The notes under the pieces are model-generated. The model did no database searches. It had not been told where the DNA came from and saw only the letters and a program-made list of their open reading frames with translations. The translations under genes and the position numbers were made by a program. Positions 51,790 to 64,000 of a DNA stretch of 64,000 nt are shown piece after piece (the stretch's first letter is position 1; the number at the start of each line of letters is the position of its first letter). Source of the stretch: Enoplolaimus lenunculus. Its lineage: Eukaryota. Location: assembly GCA_030248215.1 (NCBI GenBank), contig JASANG010000641.1, forward strand, positions 124,001-188,000, given 5' to 3'.

Positions 51790-52049
51790 TACCTAAACCT
51801 TAGCCTAAGTAAAAAAACTAGTCAAAAGCTTAAGTTTAATCTATTGCAGTCCCGGAGAAAAACGTTCACGATCGTTACATGTGTCGGTTTTATTGAGGCA
51901 GCAGCAAAAACTCAAAAACTGTTAAATCACTCGAGAGGGAACTAAACTTGGAGCTGAAGCTGTTAGAAGTTATGCCGAATTCCAAGCTTTATATTATCGT
52001 ATAGACAGCGTTATAAAAAATGAAGGGTACAAAATGCCATTGTCTGTAA

Positions 52050-52356
52050 AGCCCCATTCACACGTGCAAGTTTTTGCAGCGAGATCTCACACAGATTAAC
52101 TTGCAAGTGCAACTTTTTGCCTCTAAACCTTGTAGCTGCAACATGCAAGCTCAAGTCTTTGAACCGAAACGTGATGCTGCAACTGAAAGCAACAAAAGTT
52201 TTACATGGATTTTGAACAACACTTGCAGCTGCAAATTCGTACTGTAAAAACCTACTCGTACAAACTGTGGCTACAAGTTCCCTGTGTCAAAAACCTCCAG
52301 CTATAAATTGTAGCTACAGGTACTCGCTGGATAAGCTTGCACGTATGATTAGGGCT
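52050..52356. mobile_element. PIF/Harbinger-type MITE
   Basis: taa|agccccattcacacgtgcaag ... cttgcacgtatgattagggct|taa; TAA TSD. Confidence 0.75.
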
Positions 52357-53199
52357 TAATAGTCAGAGTAATAGAACCAGAAAGTTCTGATAGGAAAGAC
52401 TGTGCGATACAGAATAGAGAAAAGCTGTCCAGCGAAGATATCAAGAAACCCAAAACGTTGGTCCTGAGCCACTTTGAAGCTTGGCCGGGGGTGCCCTTAG
52501 ATCCACCAGTGGCTAGTTTCATTATTTTGGCCTAATCTGTCTGTTAGAAAAGAATTGGCGATACGATCGCATAAATGTCTCTAACATATGCAAGCATCGT
52601 ACTCGCGTGGCATGTGACTTATTACTGAGGAAAACAAAACTGTATTGCAAAAGTGAAATTTATATATATGTATATATCTCAAGAAATAAGAAATCGTTGC
52701 CACACCATTGTCACCAATATTACTTGCAGAAAACGCGAGAACGAAATGTTTACCTCCTACGCCGAATTTCACTAAGTTAATAAATTAATTTGAAACTTAA
52801 AAGTTTCAAAAACTAATAGTAAAATGTTAAAATGAACGCATTTTGCTAGGTATAATACTGAAAACAATTCTCTTAATTATTTTATAGTAATGAATTTTTT
52901 TGCCAGTTTTAAAACGTTGATTGTGCTCCAGTAACCTAGTCGCAAAATGGCTTTAAAAACGCAAACAGAAAACCCATATGAGCGTCGTAGCAATTAATAT
53001 TCCCCAAGAAGCAAAAAAAATATTTGACATTTGCGCGAAGCTGTTAGCATTCACAGTTGAAAACAATATTTCAACATTTGTAAAAAATATTAATTGTTTT
53101 TTTGGTAAAAAATGTAAACTTTTTATCTAAGAAAGTATTCGATGAATTTTAGTAACCTCCATTGCTTCCTCCTAACTTTGAAGTCAAGGTGCAAGCACC

Positions 53200-53311
53200 C
53201 AAACAAATAAAAAGAACAAACAGACAGACCAACAAACAAATAAACAAACGAACAAACAAACAGACAAACAAACAAATAAATAAACAAACAAACAAACGAA
53301 CAAACAAACGA
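53200..53311. repeat. Imperfect (AAAC)n microsatellite
   Basis: caaacaaataaaaagaacaaacagacagaccaacaaacaaataaacaaacg... Confidence 0.85.
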
Positions 53312-53606
53312 CGTGTTTGTGAAATGTTCAGAAGCGAAATTGACACTAAAATCGAGACCAAATGAAAGTTAAGTTTCTCAAATTCAGAAATTTCAATCAA
53401 AATGCCAATAAACAGGTTTGTTTACGTTGAAATCATTATTCAGAAAGATATTAATTTCTTCCCCGTTCTGTACGGCAAGGACAATTTTCAAGCTTAAAAC
53501 GGGATCACAGGTGATCAGCGAATACTCAACAGAAGTAAACTTGTGTTTAGTTGTCTACTTCAATTTTTCGTCTGGTCTGTAATGCATCGAAAAGTGAACA
53601 ATATAT

Positions 53607-53956
53607 GTCGTAGTCCAAGCCGGAATTCAGCCCAATTCTGAATTTTCGAGTTAGTTCAGCGCGTAATTGAGACTTGCGCTAGCCTATGGTGTAATCCTTT
53701 CTCTGCTACAGGTGGACGCGCTATGATTGGTTACTACGTAATGGCATACTCAAGTACGATTAGCTGTTGCGAATACTCTTCTGATTGACTTAGTAATCGC
53801 TACCTGTTTGCTACCAAGCTGTTTGTTTTTAAAGCTGTAACCAATCAGAATTCGCATTGCTATATCAGGCATAATTCCGCCTTGGTCCAGCTCAAATCGT
53901 AATTCCGCTTTGGACTAGCCCAATTCGAATAGGGCTAAATTACGATTGGGCTACGG
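53607..53956. mobile_element. Probable MITE (cgtagtccaa.../...ttgggctacgg)
   Basis: Imperfect inverted ends with internal agcccaattc repeats and TA-rich flanks. Confidence 0.45.
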
Positions 53957-54890
53957 TATATATAGATAGATTCCTGGGGGTGGTAACGCGTTTACTGGCT
54001 TTTGTACGATTTTCTACCCCAGGTATAGACTACAACTTAGGCTTAGGCTTTAAGGCTTAGGAGGTTCCGTAAGCGGGGTAACGCATAGAACAGGGCCGTT
54101 ATAATAGCATAAGCGTGTTCCTAAGCCTGATACCAAGCCTAACCATAAGCGTAAGAACGAACTGTTACCTAAGCCTAAGGCTCAAACCTATGGAAAAAAT
54201 AGTATAAAGCTTAACCTTACTCTGTTGCAGTTCTACGTTTTACAGAAAAACGTTCCGCCATAACTCTTACAAGGTGCCGTAGGTACTAAGTCTAATTCTT
54301 TGTTTAAGCCTTCAATTAAACTTATATATGCTAATTGCAAAATGTGACGCGAAAGTGTGCAAGAACCGATTTAATTCACAATCGATTGCAGAATTGTAAT
54401 ATTAAAGTAGATATTAGCCAATGTTTTCAGAGGTCTGCAATAAACAGCCGCCATGGGTAGAGCCATTGCCAGCGGAAGAATGAATCCCTGCGCTCCCATT
54501 TGATTAAATCTTACGCCAAGGATCTAGTAATCTGTTCATACTGTGAGACTCAACCATAGGGATTTTTTATTTTAAACACAGTGTCGATGGCTTTCCGATC
54601 GCTACATTGGTGATGTATAATAAGGCTTGGCTCGCCGTTTGAAGTTCCATTTTGACTGTTGGTTACAAGGCATATTTTCACACTTCTTCGTAATCGGACT
54701 GTTAGTAGACATTTTGTGTTGTGAGAAAATAGATTTTTTTGCTCGACGCTTGTTTTGGTCGCGAGATTTATTCCACTGTTATACATTATGCCCCTACCAT
54801 TAAAAATTTTCCGAAGAGCAATCGGTGCCACTGCAGGTTATTTTTAGCTCTGTGTGCCATACTAAATGTTTAAACACGATGCTCAATACT

Positions 54891-55073
54891 ACCAATGAGA
54901 AGAACAGGAGCGGAACAATATTATAAAGCATATTCCTAAGCCGAAGCGTAAACCTAAGCATAAGAATGAGCATATTCCTAAGCCTAAGCCAAGCAAAAAA
55001 TTAGTCTAAGGCTTAAACTTACTCTATTCTAGTACCACAAAAAAACTTGCCGCAAAAAATCTTTACATGGGCC
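54891..55073. mobile_element. MITE family D
   Basis: accaatgagaagaacaggagcggaac ... (gcctaa)n ... atctttacatgggcc. Confidence 0.75.
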
Positions 55074-56567
55074 GATATGCTTAACAGATTCGGCCCTCCT
55101 GTAATTTGGTCCCTGTGAAGATTTTAATTTTTTGTTTTGTTTTGGAAGAAACAAAACGTATTCCAAGCCCATCGCATTACGAACGTTCTACGTGTGTGCC
55201 AACTATATATACAGTAAATTTTCCTTTTCATTACTTTTGCCCGTCTGCCCCACCATCGGAAATTTCTGGATCCGCCGCAGCTTACCGGAACCGAAGGTTT
55301 CCCGAAATTAGGTAATTTAAACGTTTAATTTGTTAATTTTAGCAAATATCTATGGTGACGTTCTCACAAAGTATGGATTTAGGTTTTCTTTTTAGAAATC
55401 CTGGCTTGTTCTGAAAATTATACCAAAGCTTATACAGCGTAACACACCAAACGACACGACGTGATAAAACTATAGAAAAGATACACTACCGAAACGACCG
55501 GAACTACCGGTAAAAGTTCTACCGGAGCCAACGGTTGACTTTCTGTCAGAAGCTACTCTGGCACTATAAAATTTGAACAAAGGCACAAGCTGCGAGTTCA
55601 AAAAACATTAACTGTTCGACACATCCGAAAAGATCAGGGGCGGAGCGATACTTCGTGGGGATGGAATAGAGTAAGCTTAAATTTTCAATATTTTTACAGC
55701 GGCTTAGGTATAAGCTCATTTTCCGGTCGACTTAGGAATACACTTTACACTACTGTGCTGCCCCTGTTCTACACATTGCCAAACTTATCGGCTTATTTAT
55801 TTTTTCAAATATTTGGATGCAAGGTATTTTGAATCAGCCACTGTATGCAATAATCTTTGAAAAACCGTGGTAAAACAAAATGTAAATTTCATAACATTTA
55901 AGATCCACAAAAAACACTTTACAGCTCGCTGAAGTTAAGAAATAGATTTATTCAGCCAGTATTTTGTATATATAATTGACAATAAATATGATGAAAGTGT
56001 GCAAGACGAAATATAATACATTAAGGGCAGCGCGATACTTTTTTAGTAATATATATTTTCGGCCGACCTTCCACATATATACCAACTTATATATATTAAA
56101 ATTATTTTTTGCCTGGTGCAGTCGTCCAGCGCCGTACAGTAACTACTAACATCCTTAATTATTCGCATTCAGCTTAATAGGATCATTGTTCACCGAATAC
56201 GACCTGTTTGTGAGCGACTGAACTCATTCTGAATTAAAATCACTCACTGGAATCATTGTGTTCGAATCCTACCTTAAAATTACTGAAATTGAAAATATTC
56301 AAGTAAGAAAGGATGGCTCATTAAGAAATATATATGCGTATTGCGCCGCAACTATCGTGCAATACCGCAGTCGGCGTTCGGGCCATGGCCGGTGAACTTT
56401 TTTGATTGGCTAGATCCGAAGACCGCTAGACGAACAGTTAGCTTCATAAAAATCATATAACATAATGTCACTTAAATAACAATGCTGATAATTCATTAAA
56501 CTTTATGCATAAACATCACAGCCCACATCTAAAAATATATATATATTTGTATTCTGTACATACTTTT

Positions 56568-59500
56568 TTAATCAGTTATATTTTCATCACGGTCATGATC
56601 ATTAGAGTACAGCCGACGTTGTTTCTGCTCATTAGCATCCAAAGCTGCGCTATTCAACAGGTCTTCAATCTATACATAAAAACAACAGATCGAAGAAAAT
56701 CGATATGCAGTAAATATCATTCAACAACTGAATATATCAACAGTCGTAATTGAATCGTTAAAATATAACATTTACGAATATAAATTGAAGATAATATAGC
56801 AACTAAACATATTCCAAATTCAAAATACACCAAAATGTTCACGCTTGCTCTTTTGTTCACTATTACGTTTTTGCGCATATAAAAGCAGTGTAACCTCAGC
56901 AAGGACATTTGAACGTAAGAGTTTGAAGAAAAACCTTTAATTCTGTGCTCATTCGCCGCATTGCTACCATAGTCCCATTATAGACTCGCTAAGTTTTAAA
57001 TCGGATACAAAAGTTTAACTCATCCTAAATAGCCAAGAAGTCACTAAATATTTTAATTTCTCATAAATTTTTTAGTTTTATACAACGGTGAGAAACTGTT
57101 TAGTAGACAACAAAAACAGTATTGCAAAGAAGAAAAGTCGGCTCTTTTGGTTGTTTAATTCTTTGTAAAAATGTCAAATTTTGTACAGAAGCAAAAACCT
57201 ACGAACTGAATAACAAAATATGCGTGAACGCACGCCAGACTGAGGCCTGATGTTAAACAAAAAACAGCGCTTCCAAGTGTCCACTGGTACACAGAAAGAC
57301 TGTGAGATTAAGAGATTGGGAGGCTTATGTTTAGGTTTAGGCTTGTGTTCAGGCTTAACCTTTGGTTCAGACGTAGGCTTTTGAACAGACGGTTATAGTA
57401 AACACGAGCAAAATTAGTGACACATCAGTCAAGGTTGGTCTTGTTTTACAATCAATTTTAATTATATTGAAACAGTAAAAAAACTGTTATACAAACTCTG
57501 GTAATTTATTCGTCAATTTTATAGTGATATACTTAAAGTTTGCTACTTTCAGACCAGTCCAAGCCGTATGTGAAATTAGGAGCATTCTTTTAAAGCAAAC
57601 TTTTTCAAACACCTGGACCAACTGATTATTCAAGATGCGATAGTTCGACGTTAGCGTAAACAATGGCTAATATAAGCTCTAAAGCTATTTGACAATATGT
57701 ATGTGCTAGTCCAAAATCGAGCTGTGTGGCTGTATAAGCAACGCTGGGTTACTGTTTGTTATTACTGCCAAAATTGATCGTTACACAGACACATAAATAT
57801 ACGTGACAACATGTCGTCACTCAAAATTTAAACGTATATTTTTGAATTTGAAAAAATTACGCAAATAGCGTACGCATGTGACTCAGAAATGAATTAGCAT
57901 TGAACATCAACGTCAACAAACACACACATATTTTCAAATCTAGCCCATGTCGTCAAATGAGTGTAGCAACTATTACCAGTCAGCAATAGATTTGCAAGCC
58001 AGTTAGCTCTAGCAGTTGAAAATCTCTAAACTTGTGCAAAAAACATAAATGCGAAAAAAGTGATTAAGTTTGAATTAAATCATTCTCTGGTTCGAAAGAT
58101 ATCCGGCCCATTGCTCACTGGTGATGGTTCGCACAATTTTGAGAATACGAGGTTCTTAAAGTAGTTGTAATATGGCGTTGTAGCAACATATAAATTACTC
58201 AAGCAAATTGAACTCAACATTTTTTATTCTTAAGCAATAGTTTTTTAATTGTTAACCACTATTCTTGCCCTTCAACACCATTCGCGCAATAATCGCAAAC
58301 AGCTAGCGACATGTATCTGTCTTTTGTAAAGAAGTTATAATCATAACCGAGAAGTAACATGCTCAAAATTACTCTCACGCCAACGCCATCGCATTCCAAT
58401 TGCCATTCGTTGCGTGCGATGTTGCACCGGTACTGCGCTACAAATATAGCATCACATTTAGAGGCGGCAACGCGCGAAAAGTATCGTGACACTTAGACGA
58501 ACTGCCAACAAATGTACTGCTTACCTGGGATTTATACATTTCCTTCATATCCGCAAGATCAAGAGCCAACTCGTCGTACTGTTCCACTTTTTCGCCATAC
58601 ATTTGTAACAGAGTCTGTTGACTAATTTGTAACTCCTGAAACAGTGATTTTACCAATCAAAATGTTTACATGAGGGGTTGTATTCTCACACAACAAACAA
58701 ACTATGTTGCTATGCTAACGACAAAATGGCAGATACTTACCAATCTATCTGGTTATCTCTTCAACGAACTTACTACTCAAGTATAGCGAGTCGAAAACAT
58801 TTTAATAAAAATTTAAACAACTAATAAAAACTATTGAAATCATACAATTAAAGATTCGTTCTTCTTACAAAGAAGCATATCTAACAGCAACGTCATTATC
58901 AAAAACATGCAAGGAAGGCTAAAGCACTGATTGAGAGTAACAGGGTAAAAATGGAGCAGGAAATTGGTGCGGTTGCACCCTGGGACAAGCGGACAGTTAA
59001 AAATGTAGTGCAAACTGAATATAGACACTAATGTCAAAACTGGAATAGTTGAGGGCGGCGCTGGAGTATAACCATAGCAATAGATGGTATTAGAGATGGA
59101 GGTGCGTAAGTAGTGGTAGTGAAAGGAAACGAAGTTGTGACGGAATGGAGTACGGCGGTTGGCCGGTGGTGTAGCTCATTCAAAACGGAGCTGGTGACAA
59201 TATTGGAAGCAGTAAGATGGTTACGAGCACAGGTTGGGTTGTATACGGCAGCAATAACGACGGACTGCAACCCATTGATAGAATCGATGAAAGCAGAAGG
59301 AAAGTTAGATATGTCAAGTACGGTAGATATGTGGTGCAAAAACGAGCTGGAAGGGTAAGGTAAGAGAGTTACTGTGGCATGGGTTCCGGGAAACCGTGAG
59401 ATGAAGGGAAATAAGACGGCGGATCAGAAGGCAACGGAGGGGACGAAATTGGTACAGGAAAACCAGGAACTGACAGGACAGTGCAAGGACTAATCAAATT

Positions 59501-62500
59501 TAAACAATAACAACGATACAACAACAACAACAACAACAAAATCTTTTGCGTCCTTTGTCTCCAAATGGAGGAGTAAGGTAGGTTAAACCACGTCTCAACT
59601 TAGTCTGTTAACGGTTTACACAAAATTAATATCTTTAAATACCTAACTAACCTGAAATTTTTGTTTCAACTCAATATAATCTTGACATTGAGTTTCAAGG
59701 CCACTTTTTAGTGCATTAATGTCTGCCAATTCTTCTGTCATCGCGAGTTTGGAGTGTTGTAGTTTTCGAATTTCATCCTGTAATACAATGTGTGAAATGT
59801 TTTCATATGAGACCGTTTTGATTCATACACGAGGCAGACTGAACAAGCGCACATCTTGTATAAAGTCAGCCAGACGTGTTCACACAGCCAAATATAAAAA
59901 CCGTTCTTTACGACATCCAATTACCATAAATGAAAATACTTAAATTATTTTCAAACATATTTACTCATCTAAAACAATGAAGTTTGATTTACCTTTAATA
60001 CAACGGTTTCCGCTAAAAACACAAACATTTTTACTTTCATCACAGCAATTTCAGCTTGACGCTGTTGTAATCTAGTTCGAAGACGTTCAATTAGAGTTGC
60101 CATGCCAGCGCTTGAGAACGTATCACACCCGGCCGCGTTCCATAAATCGTCGTCCTAATGATAACGAAATGTAATAGATGTATATATTATCAGGGTTCGA
60201 TTGGATGTTCCGTGCCGGTTTCATAACAACAAAAACAACCCAGAACTAGACGTTTTAGCTTTGCCGCTTTGTGCAATCTCGTTCTGTAAAATACCTATTT
60301 TTACCTGGTACTTCAGTTATCATTGGACTCAGGGATCGCCCACCTCGGTCTTGCCTCGTATCGGGATTTGGTTGATCTCCGTTTTCTTAGTATCGACAGG
60401 TTTCAAACTGAGACTGGACAAAACCTAATTTTTATTTTCTGTTCAGCGTTCACAATGACGAAATATTAATTGTATATATTTGTTGATTTTTAAGCGAAAT
60501 AAGTGGTTTGAGTTGTATTTTAGTAATTAAGTAGCAAATCTTAGGAGACACATTAAGTTTTTACGCTAAAATAACAAACACCTTCAAACAGATTTTCAGT
60601 ATCGAATAGAATTTTTTAAACTTCATAAAACAAAATGAATATTACAGTCACGGATAACATTGTCGCGTTTGGGTTGATACCTTTATTTGAAACGCAATCG
60701 CGATTGCACTTAATTTTGTCCGTGACCGTAACTTTCGAAATAAGCTAAAAAATTTACCGCATCACGGAACATCACCGGTGTTTCGCTTCGATCAAACGAC
60801 ATTTGAGGACTCACGGATGGTCGCTGTTTTGTGACAGGTCTACCGTGAGCGAACGCTTCATTAATCGGAGGAGTGGGTATGTTTGAAAATGAGGAATGCT
60901 GCGAAGAAAGTGGAGGATGTATCGGCTGAAACTGGTTGCTGGTACTAGATGAGTCAATAGGCTGGGTCTGTGATGCCGGTGAGCGAGATGGTCCTTGACT
61001 AGCCATGAGAGGCATTTGCTCCAGAAACAAAAATATTTTCAGAATAAAAGTACATATTATATATGTACCAGGGTGCAACCGGATACCAAAAACTGACGGA
61101 ACCGGAGCCGGATAATCTATTATCCAGCCGGAGCCGGATGATGAATTCAAATGTAATAGCAGATCGCGTTCAAATATCAGAACATTTCTTACCATTCTTC
61201 CTTCCGTGGCTTAAGGTACCCAAAGTGTTTACGTGACAAAGTTTAACAGCTAACGCCGATGCATTTTTAACACTTTAACAACGACCCTATTATACTATTC
61301 TATGTTTTTGTAGCGTTGCGTTCAGTTGCAATAATCGATTGGCCAATGCTCCTTTTAAGAGCATCCTGTTTTTCGTAGGTGCTACAAAAAGAGTTGGCTA
61401 AGATCAGGGATGCGAGTATCGGTCTCAGTCTCGGCAAGCTTCGATATTGAAAATTTAATTATTTTCGGTGATGTCCAGACGTGAACCGAAACCGAGAATC
61501 TGCCCATATCTGACTCGGATTGATGCTATTATTTTTGCTTAGGCTTAGGCTTAGTGATAGACCGATTTATACATTAAAGTTTAGGCTTAGCCTTGGGAAT
61601 AATAGAAATATGCTGAGATATATTCTATTGCGCTCCTAGAATAACTCTCGTGATCTATATCTGGTTTTCTAGCGTCATTGTAACCCAATAAGAATACAGA
61701 TTGTGAACGTACACAGCCACATGCACAACAATCACTGCGAAATATCCTTTAACGTTGAATATCAGAGCCGGAGCCGGATATCCGATCGCACCTTGATTTG
61801 CCCCATTAAAGACATAAACGGAGTTTAATAAAAATTATAGTTCATTAAAAATTAAATAAATAACTTATCCCACGTATTTTGGAACAAATTATCAACATTG
61901 CAATTCTCCTTACAAACACAGTGTGCAATCATTATCGCTGTGCTACCCAACATCTAATTATTTGCAAACTATTATGATGTCCACAGGTGAGTTTTGTCAG
62001 TCCGCTACACAGCGAAAATTACTCTGCTAGTTTTATCGCCACAAAAAGTATGGTAATTGCACAGGGCAACAACATAATTCTAAATAACACAACAAAATCT
62101 TACTCTGGACTGCAACGCAAAATTCAGATCTTTCACAGTTTGTTCGCATTCCATTTTCAATTGGTTCTTTTCGAATTCAAACTGATTCATGAGCAAGTCC
62201 TAAAATGAAAATCAATCTGCATATGGAGTTATGATAAATATTCGCTTAGTATTTCATTCACAACTCAGTTTAAATTATTCTCTAGCCTACACTGTTAGCA
62301 GCAATTTCAACGCTTGATCGTTAAACTGATTATAACATACCATCAGTTCGTAGACAGAATAAGCTATTTCCAAAGAAAATCTGTACGAGCCTAGCGCCTT
62401 GTAAATTTTCATATGGATCAAGCATACTGAACACACACCCTTATTGTTTTCTTCCAGAAATTAAAGAAAAGAATTTCTCTAAAAATTACGTTTGCCTGAT

Positions 62501-63731
62501 AAAAAATTTAACCTTTTCGCTCTTCAGCTCATCGATAGCTTGAGAATGCATGTTTTTCTCGCGCTGCAAGTCGTTTTCGAGTCTAAAAAAGAAAAACTAT
62601 GAACCGGCAAACTTTAAGAACCAATGAACATGTGGGCAATACATATTCAGCACTTTGTTTGCATTTGAATTATCCTTCTTACACGCAAACCTTGAGATTA
62701 TCATATGCCACAGTTTGCTTGTGTAAGGGCCTATCTAGCATCTGCCAATAAGCGATAGGTGCTACACACCTTTGAGAACACGGCAGCAGCTTTCAGGTAA
62801 CCTTTAGATGCTATCATCATCCTGCCGTTTAAACTCACCGTTTAGCGCGATCATTTGCCCGGCGCAACTCGTCGCTGAGTCGTGAATTATCATGAGACAA
62901 TCGTGTATTCGATGCAGTCGCAGATGAAACTTGCGCTTCAAGTTCGGCAATTTGTGCACGGAAATCAAGAATCGTTTTGCTAATATTTGCCTCTGACTCT
63001 GCGTGTGCGGCGCCTTTGCGTTCAGCTTCAGCTAAAAATATTAAGAATAAAAGCAAAAACAAATATACACCGTATCTATCGTTCAGATATTGTATACTAC
63101 AGTCACCCAACAAGACACAAATACCGCGAGCATAATTACGACTGCAGTCGCGACAAACAAAATATTAACTTTTCAATCATTTGCAAACGGTATTTAATAG
63201 CTATTCTAAGCGCGACTGCAAATCGGGTTTCGAAACTGAACTGCTTTACGTGACTGTAGCTTCAGAAAATGATAAGGTCACACTAACAGATACACACTTT
63301 AGCAGAGATCCAAACAGATCAGCATATATTCCAATTTTCTACAATTCGAACATTTTCAGGTACTCTATAAATTTTTGCAAAAAATTTTTCGACACGATGG
63401 AAGCAACAACACTATGAACTATGGTCTGAACATACCAATACGATCGTACAAAGACTTTTCAACACGTTCCCAGTTTGCTTGTTGAGCAGCAAACGAAGTT
63501 TGAAGACTTTCAATTTGTCGAAGCAACGGCTTTGTTGCTAAAAATATCAGTTCGTTCGTATATACAACCACACATGCCACATCACAAGCACTCAGTCCAC
63601 ACACACCATTATAATTATAGATTGTACAACACCAGTTATACTACTTTTCTGGATTGTAGGTACAATAAACGATCACCTGTTGCTGCGGTCTCAGATAAGT
63701 CTTCATTGCGCGCTTCAGCTTCTTGCAATTT
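56568..63731 (-). CDS. TMF1: TATA element modulatory factor (golgin TMF1/ARA160), 3' part; the gene continues beyond the window
   Basis: Exons 63731-63677, 63537-63436, 63031-62839, 62582-62513, 61018-60758, 60154-60035, 59777-59652, 58635-58525, 56669-56568. Motifs: KLQEAEARNEDL, TKPLLRQIESLQ...WERVEKSLYDRI, LIERLRTRLQQRQAEI, and C-terminal LLQMYGEKVEQYDELALDLADMKEMYKSQIEDLL. Confidence 0.9.
59060..59540 (+). mobile_element. Degenerate non-LTR retrotransposon fragment (RNase H domain) with (CAA)n tail, antisense within a TMF1 intron
   Basis: Translation GRWCSSFKTELVTILEAVRWL...AITTDCNPLI...*GKRVTVAWVPGNREMKGNKTADQKA matches the RNase HI-like pattern of LINEs and contains an in-frame stop. 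(CAA)n follows at about 59505-59540. Confidence 0.75.
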
Positions 63732-64000
63732 CTGAAAAGCAAAAAACTGGAAAAATTCCTCGATAAGTTTTCGGTATGACAGAAACAAATCTAAACACAT
63801 AACATCTTTATTTAACGAACAGCTGTGCGAACTTTAAGCCATTACTTACATTTAAAAATAAAAGAAAAATAAAGCAGTAACTTCAGATTCACTGAAAATA
63901 TTACGATTTTAGAGCACCATATTTAAAAAAAGTTGTACATGTTTTACTTCAGGTGCAGATTTATTTGCGCGCTAATTTTGCAGCTACATGCTCATCTTAA

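Noticed and set aside
53149..53400. ORFs with NKQT / LFVC repeats
   Set aside because: They are translations of an (AAAC)n microsatellite.

Overview
AT-rich animal genomic DNA, intron-rich and crowded with MITEs. The abundant TTAGGC repeats, TTTCAG-biased splice acceptors and ShK-astacin point to a nematode, but the taxon is an inference. I assembled five spliced genes by hand with phase-consistent GT-AG junctions: (1) a minus-strand histidine acid phosphatase homolog with a Thr-rich stalk and C-terminal ShK domain that has lost both catalytic motifs (4209-13428); (2) a plus-strand opsin that keeps the retinal-binding Lys296 but has no acidic residue at the known counterion sites, and has a very long third intracellular loop (19362-24505); (3) an astacin-ShK metalloprotease (about 35289-44346); (4) a secreted Reeler-domain protein (45723-50750, minus); (5) the 3' part of TMF1 (56568 to beyond the window edge, minus). 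The clearest mobile-element find is a complete 603-bp TRIM mini LTR-retrotransposon at 5505-6107. It has two identical 253-bp LTRs that each carry a tRNA-like Pol III promoter, a tRNA-Gln-type PBS, a PPT and a 5-bp TSD. Several MITE families and a degenerate RNase H LINE fragment fill introns and intergenic space. All coordinates were read by eye; no searches were run.
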